In this document: positions 37,639-46,006 of the stretch, piece by piece
Numbering within the stretch: position 1 is the stretch's first letter
Layout: the number at the start of each line of letters is the position of its first letter
Assembly: GCA_937893835.1 (NCBI GenBank)
Contig: CALCSS010000024.1
Location: 1-62,854, forward strand
Origin: an uncultured Fidelibacterota bacterium
Lineage (GTDB): Bacteria > Fidelibacterota > Marinisomatia > Marinisomatales > UBA1611
Direction of reading: 5' to 3'
DNA: 62,854 nucleotides
The notes under the pieces: generated by a model
The model's database searches: none
Seen by the model: only the letters and a program-made list of their open reading frames with translations
Told to the model about the DNA's origin: nothing
Program-made: the position numbers and the translations under genes

Positions 37639-40077
37639 TTGTTTTTCCTTCGATCTATAAAGGTCATCATATTTATATCTCTCACTTTTTTGGTGGCACA
37701 GAATACATCAAGCATCAATGGTTTTGTAAGAAATAATGCGAATGGGGAGCCCATATCCTATGCAAATGTCTTTATAAGTAATACATCGATAGGCGCAGCA
37801 ACAAATCGGGACGGATACTTTGTAATATCTGATATACCTCTAGGTGAGTATGAGGTCAATGTGTCCATGATAGGATATGCAGTCCACAAGGAAATGGTAG
37901 AGCTCTTTGATGGAAGTCCGGTCAGACTGGAGATTGGTATGAAAGATCAGGTGATCGAAGGCTCAGAGGTTTTGGTCACGGCAGAACGTCAAAAATTTGA
38001 GAGGTCCATCGAGAGCAGTCAAATATCCTTGGACATCAGAGAGATAAATTCCGCACCTGCTTTCATAGAGCCTGATGTATTTAGAACCCTGCAAATGCTT
38101 CCGGGAGTCCAGACCACAAGCGATTTTTCCAGTGCGCTTTATGTTAGAGGTAGTACTCCCGACCAGAACCTGATCATGCTGGATGGCATCGTGGTCTATA
38201 ACCCCTATCATCTAGGCGGGATCTTCTCAACGTTCAATACGGATGCGATAAAGGAAGCAGATTTTCATGCTGGAGGATTCCCTGCGAGGCACGGAGGAAG
38301 AATGGGGGCCATACTCAATGTGATCAATCGAGAGGGCAATACGAACGAGATTACGGGCATGGCCAATATCTCTCTCATTTCTAGCAAGGGTTTACTGGAA
38401 GGTCCACTACCAAGGTGGAGGGGAATGAAGGGTTCTTGGATGATATCAGGGCGTAGGACCTATTTTGATTCAATTGTCGATGCTCTGAAGATACCAATGG
38501 GTCAGAAGGCTGATGGCACGGATGCATATTTTCAGTTTCCATATTTCTTTTATGACTATCAAGTGAAGATCAATCTAGACATCAACCAAGACCATCGCAT
38601 CACATACTCTCGTTTCTATGGTGATGACGTGTTAGACTATTCCTGGGATGAAAGGGAAAGCATAGATAATGCAAATGTAGATCGTGATACAGAGACTGGT
38701 TTTAGCATCAAATGGCCTTGGGGGAATCGTACAAATGGTCTTATATGGCGGTGGATCATGTCTCCTGAGGTGGTCGCAAAGACCTTTGTATCAAATAGTA
38801 GGTATCGATTTGATTTTGACCTTGGTTTTTATTTTAGGGATACCTACACCTATGCAGACTCTGTAACGGCAATATTTACAGATGTTAACTGGAGACTGTA
38901 TGATATTATCAATGATAATTCAATAGAGACTGAGTTAACTTGGAAAGCAACTGATCGTCATGAGATAACGGGGGGCTTCCAATTAAAGAGTGTGGACTTT
39001 GATCTTGGAGAAGAAGTGAAAATCGCCACCCAGGATACATCCGTCATTTTTTCACCATTAACTCTAGATAATAAGACCCGTGAGATCTCATTCTTCATTC
39101 AAGACAGGTGGGAATTCTCAGAAAAATTAAAATTTCAATTAGGAATCAGGGGCACTGATTACAACTTGCATGATGAGTTTTATCTTGATCCAAGACTGGG
39201 AATGAAATATCATTATTCAAAGGATATTGCCTTGAAGCTAAATTGGGGACTCTATCATCAATTCTTGACCACTGCAAATAATCAGGATGAAAATCTCAGG
39301 TTGGTGGAACTCTGGCTAGGTATACCTGAGGACAAGCCTGCTGCCATATCTCAACACATAATAGGTGGCCTTGAATACATGTCCCCAAAAAATATTTTTT
39401 ATCGATTAGAGCTATACCAAAAAGATTTCGATAATCTTCTCACATTGAAACAAGAAAATCAGAATACGATGGAAGGGGGTGAGTCTGACACCCCATTCAA
39501 TGAGTTTTGGGATACTAGAGGAAATAGTTGGGGCGTTGAATTCTTATTGAAAAAATCATCTGGCAGGCTAAATGGCTGGGTCGGATATACCTACGCAGAG
39601 ACAAAATATTTCACTGAGCCCAGTGGATGGCATCATCCGAACTTTGACCGAACCCATACAATCAATGTCGTAGGCAATATTGAACTGACAGAAGAACTTG
39701 AGATAAGTACGGCTCTCACACAATCAAGTGGAAATCCCTATACAAAGATTCTGGGAAGGGTCTATGATTGGGAACAGAATCTATATAGTGATACATACTG
39801 GTATCCTCTTGATAGTTATATCGTTGGAGAAAAGAACACAGAGCGTTATGATGATTATTTCAGGATAGATGTTGGTATGACACGAAAAGGTGGCAACTTA
39901 TTTGGCCTGGAATATGATACATACTGGCAGGTGATGAATGTTACAAAACACTTGAATGCATTTAGTTATGCTTATAGGACAAAAACAGGTATGAACGGTG
40001 ATCAATTGGGTGTGGAAAGAAGAGTGGTCCCACAGTTCCCCTTGATCCTTACCTTTGGGGTGAAATTTGATTTTTAA
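37639..40077 (+). CDS. TonB-dependent-receptor-like outer-membrane barrel with CarboxypepD_reg domain (TTG start)
   Basis: 'SSINGFVRNNANGEPISYANVFISNTSIGAATNRDGYFVISDIPLGEYEVNVSMIGY'. Plug 'LYVRGSTPDQNLIMLDGIVVYNPYHLGG'. Ends 'TFGVKFDF'. Confidence 0.8.
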   Translation: MFFLRSIKVIIFISLTFLVAQNTSSINGFVRNNANGEPISYANVFISNTSIGAATNRDGYFVISDIPLGEYEVNVSMIGYAVHKEMVELFDGSPVRLEIGMKDQVIEGSEVLVTAERQKFERSIESSQISLDIREINSAPAFIEPDVFRTLQMLPGVQTTSDFSSALYVRGSTPDQNLIMLDGIVVYNPYHLGGIFSTFNTDAIKEADFHAGGFPARHGGRMGAILNVINREGNTNEITGMANISLISSKGLLEGPLPRWRGMKGSWMISGRRTYFDSIVDALKIPMGQKADGTDAYFQFPYFFYDYQVKINLDINQDHRITYSRFYGDDVLDYSWDERESIDNANVDRDTETGFSIKWPWGNRTNGLIWRWIMSPEVVAKTFVSNSRYRFDFDLGFYFRDTYTYADSVTAIFTDVNWRLYDIINDNSIETELTWKATDRHEITGGFQLKSVDFDLGEEVKIATQDTSVIFSPLTLDNKTREISFFIQDRWEFSEKLKFQLGIRGTDYNLHDEFYLDPRLGMKYHYSKDIALKLNWGLYHQFLTTANNQDENLRLVELWLGIPEDKPAAISQHIIGGLEYMSPKNIFYRLELYQKDFDNLLTLKQENQNTMEGGESDTPFNEFWDTRGNSWGVEFLLKKSSGRLNGWVGYTYAETKYFTEPSGWHHPNFDRTHTINVVGNIELTEELEISTALTQSSGNPYTKILGRVYDWEQNLYSDTYWYPLDSYIVGEKNTERYDDYFRIDVGMTRKGGNLFGLEYDTYWQVMNVTKHLNAFSYAYRTKTGMNGDQLGVERRVVPQFPLILTFGVKFDF

Positions 40078-41140
40078 GTTGCCATGTCGAATCATCTTCT
40101 CGTTTATGATGATCAGTATCATGGGATGCCTTTTCCCGACCAATGAGTGGGAGGACCTAGAGTCTGATTATGATCATGTATTGAATGTCTTTGGTCTGAT
40201 CAATCTAGACCCTGGTCACCCAAGTTATGTTGGACTCTATAGAACGACAGACCTTGATGAGACCGTATTGACCCTAGTTGAAACGGATACCCTATACTGG
40301 TGCGATTGCGATGATGATGAATGTTGGGAATGTGATGAAGGTCAGGATGGTTATTGGGTAGTGGACTCGATCTATGAACCTGCCGCCCTTATAAAAGACG
40401 CATCCGTCAATGTGATCGATGATCAGGGTAACAATTTTGAGCTATCATATGTTGATAAGATAACATTCGTGGATACCGTATACTTCGACACGACATTTAC
40501 TTTCTATGGCACCACGATCACATGGGATACCACCTACTACGACACGAATGATTTCCGCATCAATTTCTATGTTGACACAACTGGTTCCTTTGTTCCTCAA
40601 CCAGAGACCAATTATGATCTAAGCATATCTGCTCCTGGTTTTGATCCGGTGACGGGGTCACTCATGACGCCATCCATCCCAAATATTGATTCTCTATCAC
40701 AGAGGGGAAGGTCTGTTGATACTATTACTGCAAATGAACCTTTTGACATTCATTGGAGTCAGACAATGGGCATGGGGCTGGTCACTGGAGAGGTGATCTT
40801 TGGTAATTTTTGGGAAGACACATCAAATGGTGATTGGTGCGGAGGATATTTTGATGATTTTGTGATAGACCTTGAGGATGATTCTCAAAATCCATATGGG
40901 ATCACTGCTGAATATTGTGGAGAAGAGATGGACACACAGGAAACCTTAGACTATTTTATACGCCTCACTGCCATGGAAGATAATTACCATGAGTATTTTA
41001 TCACTGGTGAGATGGGCGAATATTCAAATGCGTTGCTCAATTATCCTACCACAAAGGGCCGCTCGGTTGGTATCGAGGGAGGATTTGGTTTTTTTGGATC
41101 GATCGCATCTGATGGCCTTTTATTAAAGATAGCACCATAA
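40067..41140 (+). CDS. hypothetical lipoprotein coupled to the TBDR (position analogous to DUF4249 partners)
   Basis: TTG start overlapping the TBDR end. Signal/lipobox 'MIFKLPCRIIFSFMMISIMGC'. Cys/Asp-rich 'CDCDDDECWECDEG'. Confidence 0.6.
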   Translation: MIFKLPCRIIFSFMMISIMGCLFPTNEWEDLESDYDHVLNVFGLINLDPGHPSYVGLYRTTDLDETVLTLVETDTLYWCDCDDDECWECDEGQDGYWVVDSIYEPAALIKDASVNVIDDQGNNFELSYVDKITFVDTVYFDTTFTFYGTTITWDTTYYDTNDFRINFYVDTTGSFVPQPETNYDLSISAPGFDPVTGSLMTPSIPNIDSLSQRGRSVDTITANEPFDIHWSQTMGMGLVTGEVIFGNFWEDTSNGDWCGGYFDDFVIDLEDDSQNPYGITAEYCGEEMDTQETLDYFIRLTAMEDNYHEYFITGEMGEYSNALLNYPTTKGRSVGIEGGFGFFGSIASDGLLLKIAP

Positions 41141-41141
41141 A

Positions 41142-41340
41142 GAATATGAATGTAGGGCTTGGTGTGTAGAAAAAAATAGATTGAGGCAGTATAAACATAA
41201 TTCATTTAACTTCTGGGTAAATACCGTTTAAATGGAATGCTAAAAATGAACAAGGGAAGTTAGTTTCCGCAAGAGTATACATTTATATGATTCAGGCAGA
41301 TAATCTAAGCAAACCAAGAAAATGACCTTTTTAAAGTAAA
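41142..41340 (+). pseudogene. relic of a T9SS C-terminal sorting domain (orphan fragment)
   Basis: 41221-41340 translates to 'IPFKWNAKNEQGKLVSARVYIYMIQADNLSKPRKMTFLK*', clearly related to intact CTD ends such as '...DWNAKNDQGQPVSAGVYLYRIQAGDFIQTKKMILLK'. A stop lies immediately upstream in this frame. A different frame upstream gives a CTD-like 'VEKNRLRQYKHNSFNFW'. Confidence 0.55.
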
Positions 41341-41349
41341 GAGATAGAA

Positions 41350-42489
41350 ATGAAATCAATTACAACTATAATTCTACTATTTAATTCAATTTTTTATGCC
41401 CTGAATGGACAGACTCAATTTGATGCGGTTGGTAGTGAATTGGCTAAGTTAGAACTCATACTCCAAGAAGCCTCTAGATCTTCACAGAGAGTATTCGTTG
41501 AGGACTTTACAGGTCTCCAATGACCCTATTGCCCTTCAGCAAGTTTTGCGATATCCGAGATGTTAGATACCTATCCAGAGACATTGGTTAACATAGAGTG
41601 GCACAGTCCAAATTTTACTCCAGGGAATTCAGATTTTGATATTTCAGAGTATTCCACAAGGGCAAATCTCTATGGTGTTGGGGGTATTCCTCATACACAA
41701 TGGAATGGAGTTGAAGAAACCATTGGTGGATATGCAAATGGTAATTGGGAACCTTTCATGGGCACATTTATGAATTTGTATAATTATATGATAGGCAATG
41801 AAACCCCATATGAGATTTCCATCAATGGGCAAATTGGATCAGAAGTCTCATATGATGTAATCATATCAATGGATTCGGACCTGAGCAATGCCAATCAAAA
41901 GGTTGATGTGTTTGTGGTAGAGGATAATATCTGGTCATATTGGACTGGTGCAGGTCAATATCATAATGCCAGAAATGTGGCAAGAGATTGGCTTTTATCA
42001 GAAGATCTGGAAATAAATTCTTCGGGAGAATCTCAAACATTCTCAGGATCATTTGATTTGGGAGAAAGTTGGAACTCAGATAGTGTAAAAATAATTGCAA
42101 TAGTTCAAAACTATTCATCAAACCAGATCTATCAAGTTACGCAGGTTAATATTAATGAGATGAATCCAGACATTGATGATGATGGCATCCTGAATCATGA
42201 AGATAATTGTATTGATATCTTTAATCCTGACCAAGAAGACCAAGATTCAGACCTTATAGGTGACGCTTGCGATCCTTGTGATAATCTGATATATGTTTCA
42301 GGAAATCTAAATGGTGATGTGAATAATGACCAACCTGTGATAGACATATTTGATGTTTTGATATTATCAGACTATTTTAATTCTGGTGAGTTAAATGAAT
42401 GCCAAGATCTAATAGTTGATATTAATGACGATGGAAATGTCAATGTGGTTGATCTAATATCGCTATTGCAAATAATCATGGGTAATTAA
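41350..42489 (+). CDS. candidate selenoprotein: signal peptide + Omp28-related/thioredoxin-fold domain with U-x-x-C, thrombospondin-type-3 repeats and dockerin-like C-terminus
   Basis: ATG 41350 ('MKSITTIILLFNSIFYA...VFVEDFTGLQ'), TGA at 41521-41523, then 'PYCPSASFAISEM...' in frame with track ORF 41560-42489. TSP3-like 'DIDDDGILNHEDNCIDIFNPDQEDQDSDLIGDACDPCD'. Dockerin-like 'GNLNGDVNNDQPVIDIFDVLIL...VDINDDGNVNVVDLISLL'. Confidence 0.7.
41521..41523 (+). other. in-frame TGA, candidate selenocysteine codon (FTGLQ-U-PYC-P)
   Basis: Occupies the first-Cys position of the FTGxxCxxCP redox motif. Frame continuity was verified by hand. Confidence 0.65.
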
Positions 42490-42570
42490 AATAGGAAACT
42501 ATGATTATGCAGAATATTATTCTCCAGTTTCAAAAGAGATTCGCTTGACCGATGATGAGTAAGTAGTTCA

Positions 42571-43899
42571 ATGAAAATAGCACTTACTTTATCCATCATG
42601 TTTTTAAATATAATCAGTGCCCAGAGAGTAGTGGGATACTATCCGCAATGGGTTGTGGCTAATCTACAGATCGAGGAAATAGAGTTTGATGTTGTAACCC
42701 ATGTCATCCACTCCTTTGCATGGCCAAATGTGGATGGCAGTATCTCTTCATACGATGGCATGTTTGGTTCAGGGATGAGTGATGTGGTCCATGGGCAAGG
42801 TGCCAAATTTCTTCTAAGTCTAGGAGGATGGGGAAATCATGAGGGCTTTGAGGCGGTTAGTGCAGATGAAGACCTTCGTGAGGGATTCATCTATAACCTT
42901 GCGAGCATATTGACGATCAATGAATATGATGGGGTAGACTTGGATTGGGAATTCCCAGAATCGGAGGCAGATAGAGAGAACCTAAACCTTTTAGTATCAG
43001 AGATGGATTCTATTTTTTATGCTCTTGATCCAGACTGGATGATCACTATGGCTGTCCCTGTTTCAAATTGGTACGGACAGTGGCACGATTTTGATTTTTT
43101 GGTCGATCACGTTGATTTTTTCAATGCCATGACATATGGGACCCATGGTAACTGGTCCAGTCACGCGGGGCATCTCTCGCCTCTTTATCCGTCACCACCT
43201 GGTGATCTGGATGGCTCCTGCCACACCAATATGAACTATCTATCCAATATCCGAGGAGTACCAAGAGATAAAATAAATATGGGAATGCCATTCTGGGGTA
43301 TTAAATGGGAATCACCAAACATCAATGAGCCATTTACGGGAAGCACAGTTGATGTCATGTACTATGACATCCCTCAATTGATAGGTAACGGTTGGACCTA
43401 CCAGTGGGATGATGATGCACTGTGTCCATACCTTATCAAAGACGATAGCACTCGGATCATAACCTATGAGAATCCGCAATCGATAGGATTAAAATGTCAA
43501 TATATTTCAGAGCAAGAACTTGGTGGCGTCATGATCTGGGCACTATCATATGATAAAACTGAAAACGGTCAAGAATTGATACAGTCCATCCAAGAGAATT
43601 ATCTAATTAATTTTCCAGATGAATCTTACTCAATACCAAATGAGATATCTTTGAGTGCTTATCCCAATCCATTCAACCCCTCCTGCAACATAGATATAGA
43701 CCTAGAACATGATCTGTTTGTCCAAATAATGGTAAATGACCTTCTTGGTCACGAGGTCAAATTGTTAAATAATAAAGTACTTCGAAAAGGAAGCCATCAG
43801 TTCTCATGGGAGGCTAGAGACCACCCCAATGGAATTTATTTCATTACTACCAAGCAGAATAAGTTCATTCAAACCAGGAAGATCACCTTACTTAAATAA
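42571..43899 (+). CDS. GH18 chitinase-like glycoside hydrolase + T9SS CTD
   Basis: 'VVGYYPQW', 'LLSLGGWG', catalytic 'DGVDLDWEFP', 'GGVMIWALSYD'. CTD at 43657-43899. Confidence 0.85.
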   Translation: MKIALTLSIMFLNIISAQRVVGYYPQWVVANLQIEEIEFDVVTHVIHSFAWPNVDGSISSYDGMFGSGMSDVVHGQGAKFLLSLGGWGNHEGFEAVSADEDLREGFIYNLASILTINEYDGVDLDWEFPESEADRENLNLLVSEMDSIFYALDPDWMITMAVPVSNWYGQWHDFDFLVDHVDFFNAMTYGTHGNWSSHAGHLSPLYPSPPGDLDGSCHTNMNYLSNIRGVPRDKINMGMPFWGIKWESPNINEPFTGSTVDVMYYDIPQLIGNGWTYQWDDDALCPYLIKDDSTRIITYENPQSIGLKCQYISEQELGGVMIWALSYDKTENGQELIQSIQENYLINFPDESYSIPNEISLSAYPNPFNPSCNIDIDLEHDLFVQIMVNDLLGHEVKLLNNKVLRKGSHQFSWEARDHPNGIYFITTKQNKFIQTRKITLLK

Positions 43900-43948
43900 C
43901 ACTCTCTTCATGGGTTTTTTGTTTGTGGGATGATAGGTAGATTTATGA

Positions 43949-44575
43949 ATGATAAAGTGCATCAAATTACTCCTATGGTCCTGTAGGCCTATAAAAAAAA
44001 CATTTGAGATCAGCATAGGGGTAGCCTTTTGTATCCTGGTTCATGGTTGCGAAGAAGCAAGTACAGATCTTGATGATATTACAGATCATGGTGTCGTTAT
44101 AAATGAGATCAATTACAACTCATCGGATGCTTTTGACCCAGATGATTGGGTGGAGATCTATAATGGAAACAGTGATGTTATGGACCTGAGTTCTTGGGTC
44201 TTGAAGGATGATGATGACGATCATTTTTTTACCTTGCCTTCAAATACATTTTTGCAACCATATCAATATCTAATCCTTTGCAGAGATACCGTGAAATTCA
44301 CAGCTTTGTTTCCTGAAGTTATTTCGTATTATGGTGGTATGGATTTTGGTCTTGGAGGAGGAGGGGATCATGTCAGGTTTTTTGATGCTAATGGTTCAAT
44401 GGTAGATATGGTGGAATACGATGATAATGATCCATGGCCAACACTGGCAGATGGTAGCGGACCCACTATCGAGTTGAGACACCCATCATTGGATAATGCA
44501 CTATGGGAAAATTGGTCTGCATCCAATGGAAATGGAACACCTGGGGTGATCAATAGCACCTACGATGATGAATGA
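43949..44575 (+). CDS. stand-alone lamin-tail-domain (LTD) lipoprotein, paralog of the C-terminal LTD of the CotH protein
   Basis: 'VVINEINYNSSDAFDPDDWVEIYNGNSDVMDLSSWVLKDDDDDHFF...FGLGGGGDHVRFFDANG...DGSGPTIEL', about half identical by eye to 10004-13591 residues 'LVINEINYNSSDDHESGDWIEVYNPG...'. Lipobox-like 'LVHGC'. Confidence 0.7.
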   Translation: MIKCIKLLLWSCRPIKKTFEISIGVAFCILVHGCEEASTDLDDITDHGVVINEINYNSSDAFDPDDWVEIYNGNSDVMDLSSWVLKDDDDDHFFTLPSNTFLQPYQYLILCRDTVKFTALFPEVISYYGGMDFGLGGGGDHVRFFDANGSMVDMVEYDDNDPWPTLADGSGPTIELRHPSLDNALWENWSASNGNGTPGVINSTYDDE

Positions 44576-44706
44576 ATTAGATTCACCATCCTTAAAAAAC
44601 ATCAATAATTAGTAAATTGATGTCATTCATTGGTAGTTTTGTGTTAGAAGTTTTATATAAAGATTTGATTTAACCTTCTTACAAAATATAAAATAACAGG
44701 AAAAAA

Positions 44707-45279
44707 ATGGAATTCTCAACTGAACTATTTAATCTAGCCTTCAGATTTGGATTTAATCTATCGATCGCTTACGTGATCATAAAACTGATATATCATCGAG
44801 ATCATAATAATAACGATTTTGTTTTTACATATTTCATGTTCAATTCATTGATCTTCTTTTTTGCGTACATATTGGGGAATATGGACATTAATATTGGCTT
44901 TGCTTTTGGATTATTTGCTGTGTTTGCCATTCTTCGATATAGGACCGACCCGATTCCCATCAAAGAAATGACCTATCTATTTGTTGTGATTACCATAGGT
45001 GTCATAAATGCCCTAGGTCAAAATGAAGTATCCTATGGCGAATTATTATTTACAAATGTTACACTGGTTCTATTAACCTATTTTCTTGAAAATTATTGGC
45101 AAAATAATTTACTTCGTCGTCGTACCGTGGAATATGAGATCATTGAGAACATAAAACCCGAAAACCATGAAAAATTACTTCTTGACCTGAAAGATAGAAC
45201 AGGACTATCCATTGTACATTTCGAGATTCGAAGGGTCTTTTTGGATAAGGTCAATATTCGAATTTATTCCACAGATTGA
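44707..45279 (+). CDS. DUF4956-like integral membrane protein
   Basis: 190 aa with an N-terminal multi-helix hydrophobic part and a charged C-terminal tail. This resembles my recollection of DUF4956 proteins, which usually accompany VTC and CotH genes. Confidence 0.55.
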   Translation: MEFSTELFNLAFRFGFNLSIAYVIIKLIYHRDHNNNDFVFTYFMFNSLIFFFAYILGNMDINIGFAFGLFAVFAILRYRTDPIPIKEMTYLFVVITIGVINALGQNEVSYGELLFTNVTLVLLTYFLENYWQNNLLRRRTVEYEIIENIKPENHEKLLLDLKDRTGLSIVHFEIRRVFLDKVNIRIYSTD

Positions 45280-45282
45280 ATA

Positions 45283-45978
45283 ATGAGGAAAACAGATTCT
45301 TTGGTATTAATGATATTAATTAAATACCTGAATTTGTTTATCAAAGGTCCTATGTTGATTGGTCGGTACTGTTTATTCATCTTATTTTTACAATGTGCAT
45401 TTGCAGCGGATGAAACTGAGTCATGGAATAGCATAGGATTTGAAAAAAACTTGCCATACTCACTTGAACTTGAATTTGATCAGGAGATTCGGTTAATAGA
45501 TCAACTATCTACAGTGAAACAGACCATCTCTGAGATATCACTATCCTATAAGATCCTGGATGGAGTTAGAATTTTCATTCCCTTGCGATATGCCATATTT
45601 GAGGATAAGGTCAAACAGCGATTAAGTTTTGGTGGGTCATATAAATATGGTTGGGATCCTGTAAGTCTCAAGTATCGGATAAAGTTACAAAGGACATATG
45701 AGAATGGAGATTCTCCTGAGGATCTGATTAGAAACAGAATCACGATTGAGTATAAGTTAAGTAAAAAGATCGAACCCTATGTGTCTGGGGAATTTTTTCA
45801 TCTTTACAATATAGATCGATTTCAGTATAATGAAAATAGGATTTCCTTTGGTTTCAATGTTGATCTTCCAAAAAAGAGATCTATAAAGATTTTCTATACA
45901 CGGAAGAAAGAAGATATTGATAGTTCTAAGCCAGATCAGATCAATATATTTGGTCTAGCCTATGATCTTAAATGGTAA
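45283..45978 (+). CDS. small outer-membrane beta-barrel-like protein (DUF2490-like)
   Basis: Signal peptide ending 'CAFAADE'. Alternating-polarity strands. C-terminal 'FGLAYDLKW'. Confidence 0.45.
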   Translation: MRKTDSLVLMILIKYLNLFIKGPMLIGRYCLFILFLQCAFAADETESWNSIGFEKNLPYSLELEFDQEIRLIDQLSTVKQTISEISLSYKILDGVRIFIPLRYAIFEDKVKQRLSFGGSYKYGWDPVSLKYRIKLQRTYENGDSPEDLIRNRITIEYKLSKKIEPYVSGEFFHLYNIDRFQYNENRISFGFNVDLPKKRSIKIFYTRKKEDIDSSKPDQINIFGLAYDLKW

Positions 45979-46006
45979 TGGGGAAACCTGAGGAAGAGGA
46001 ATCACT

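Noticed and set aside
37615-37641. ORFs 37126-37617 and 37639-40077 share a reading frame.
   Set aside because: They are separated by TAA, not TGA. The second ORF has its own signal peptide and a TTG start. This is coincidental frame identity.
45277-45285. TGA between the DUF4956-like ORF and the next ORF, which is in the same frame one codon later. I considered this as a third read-through or Sec site.
   Set aside because: There is no redox motif around the TGA. The downstream ORF has its own Met and signal-peptide-like N-terminus, and the two proteins are complete, unrelated units.
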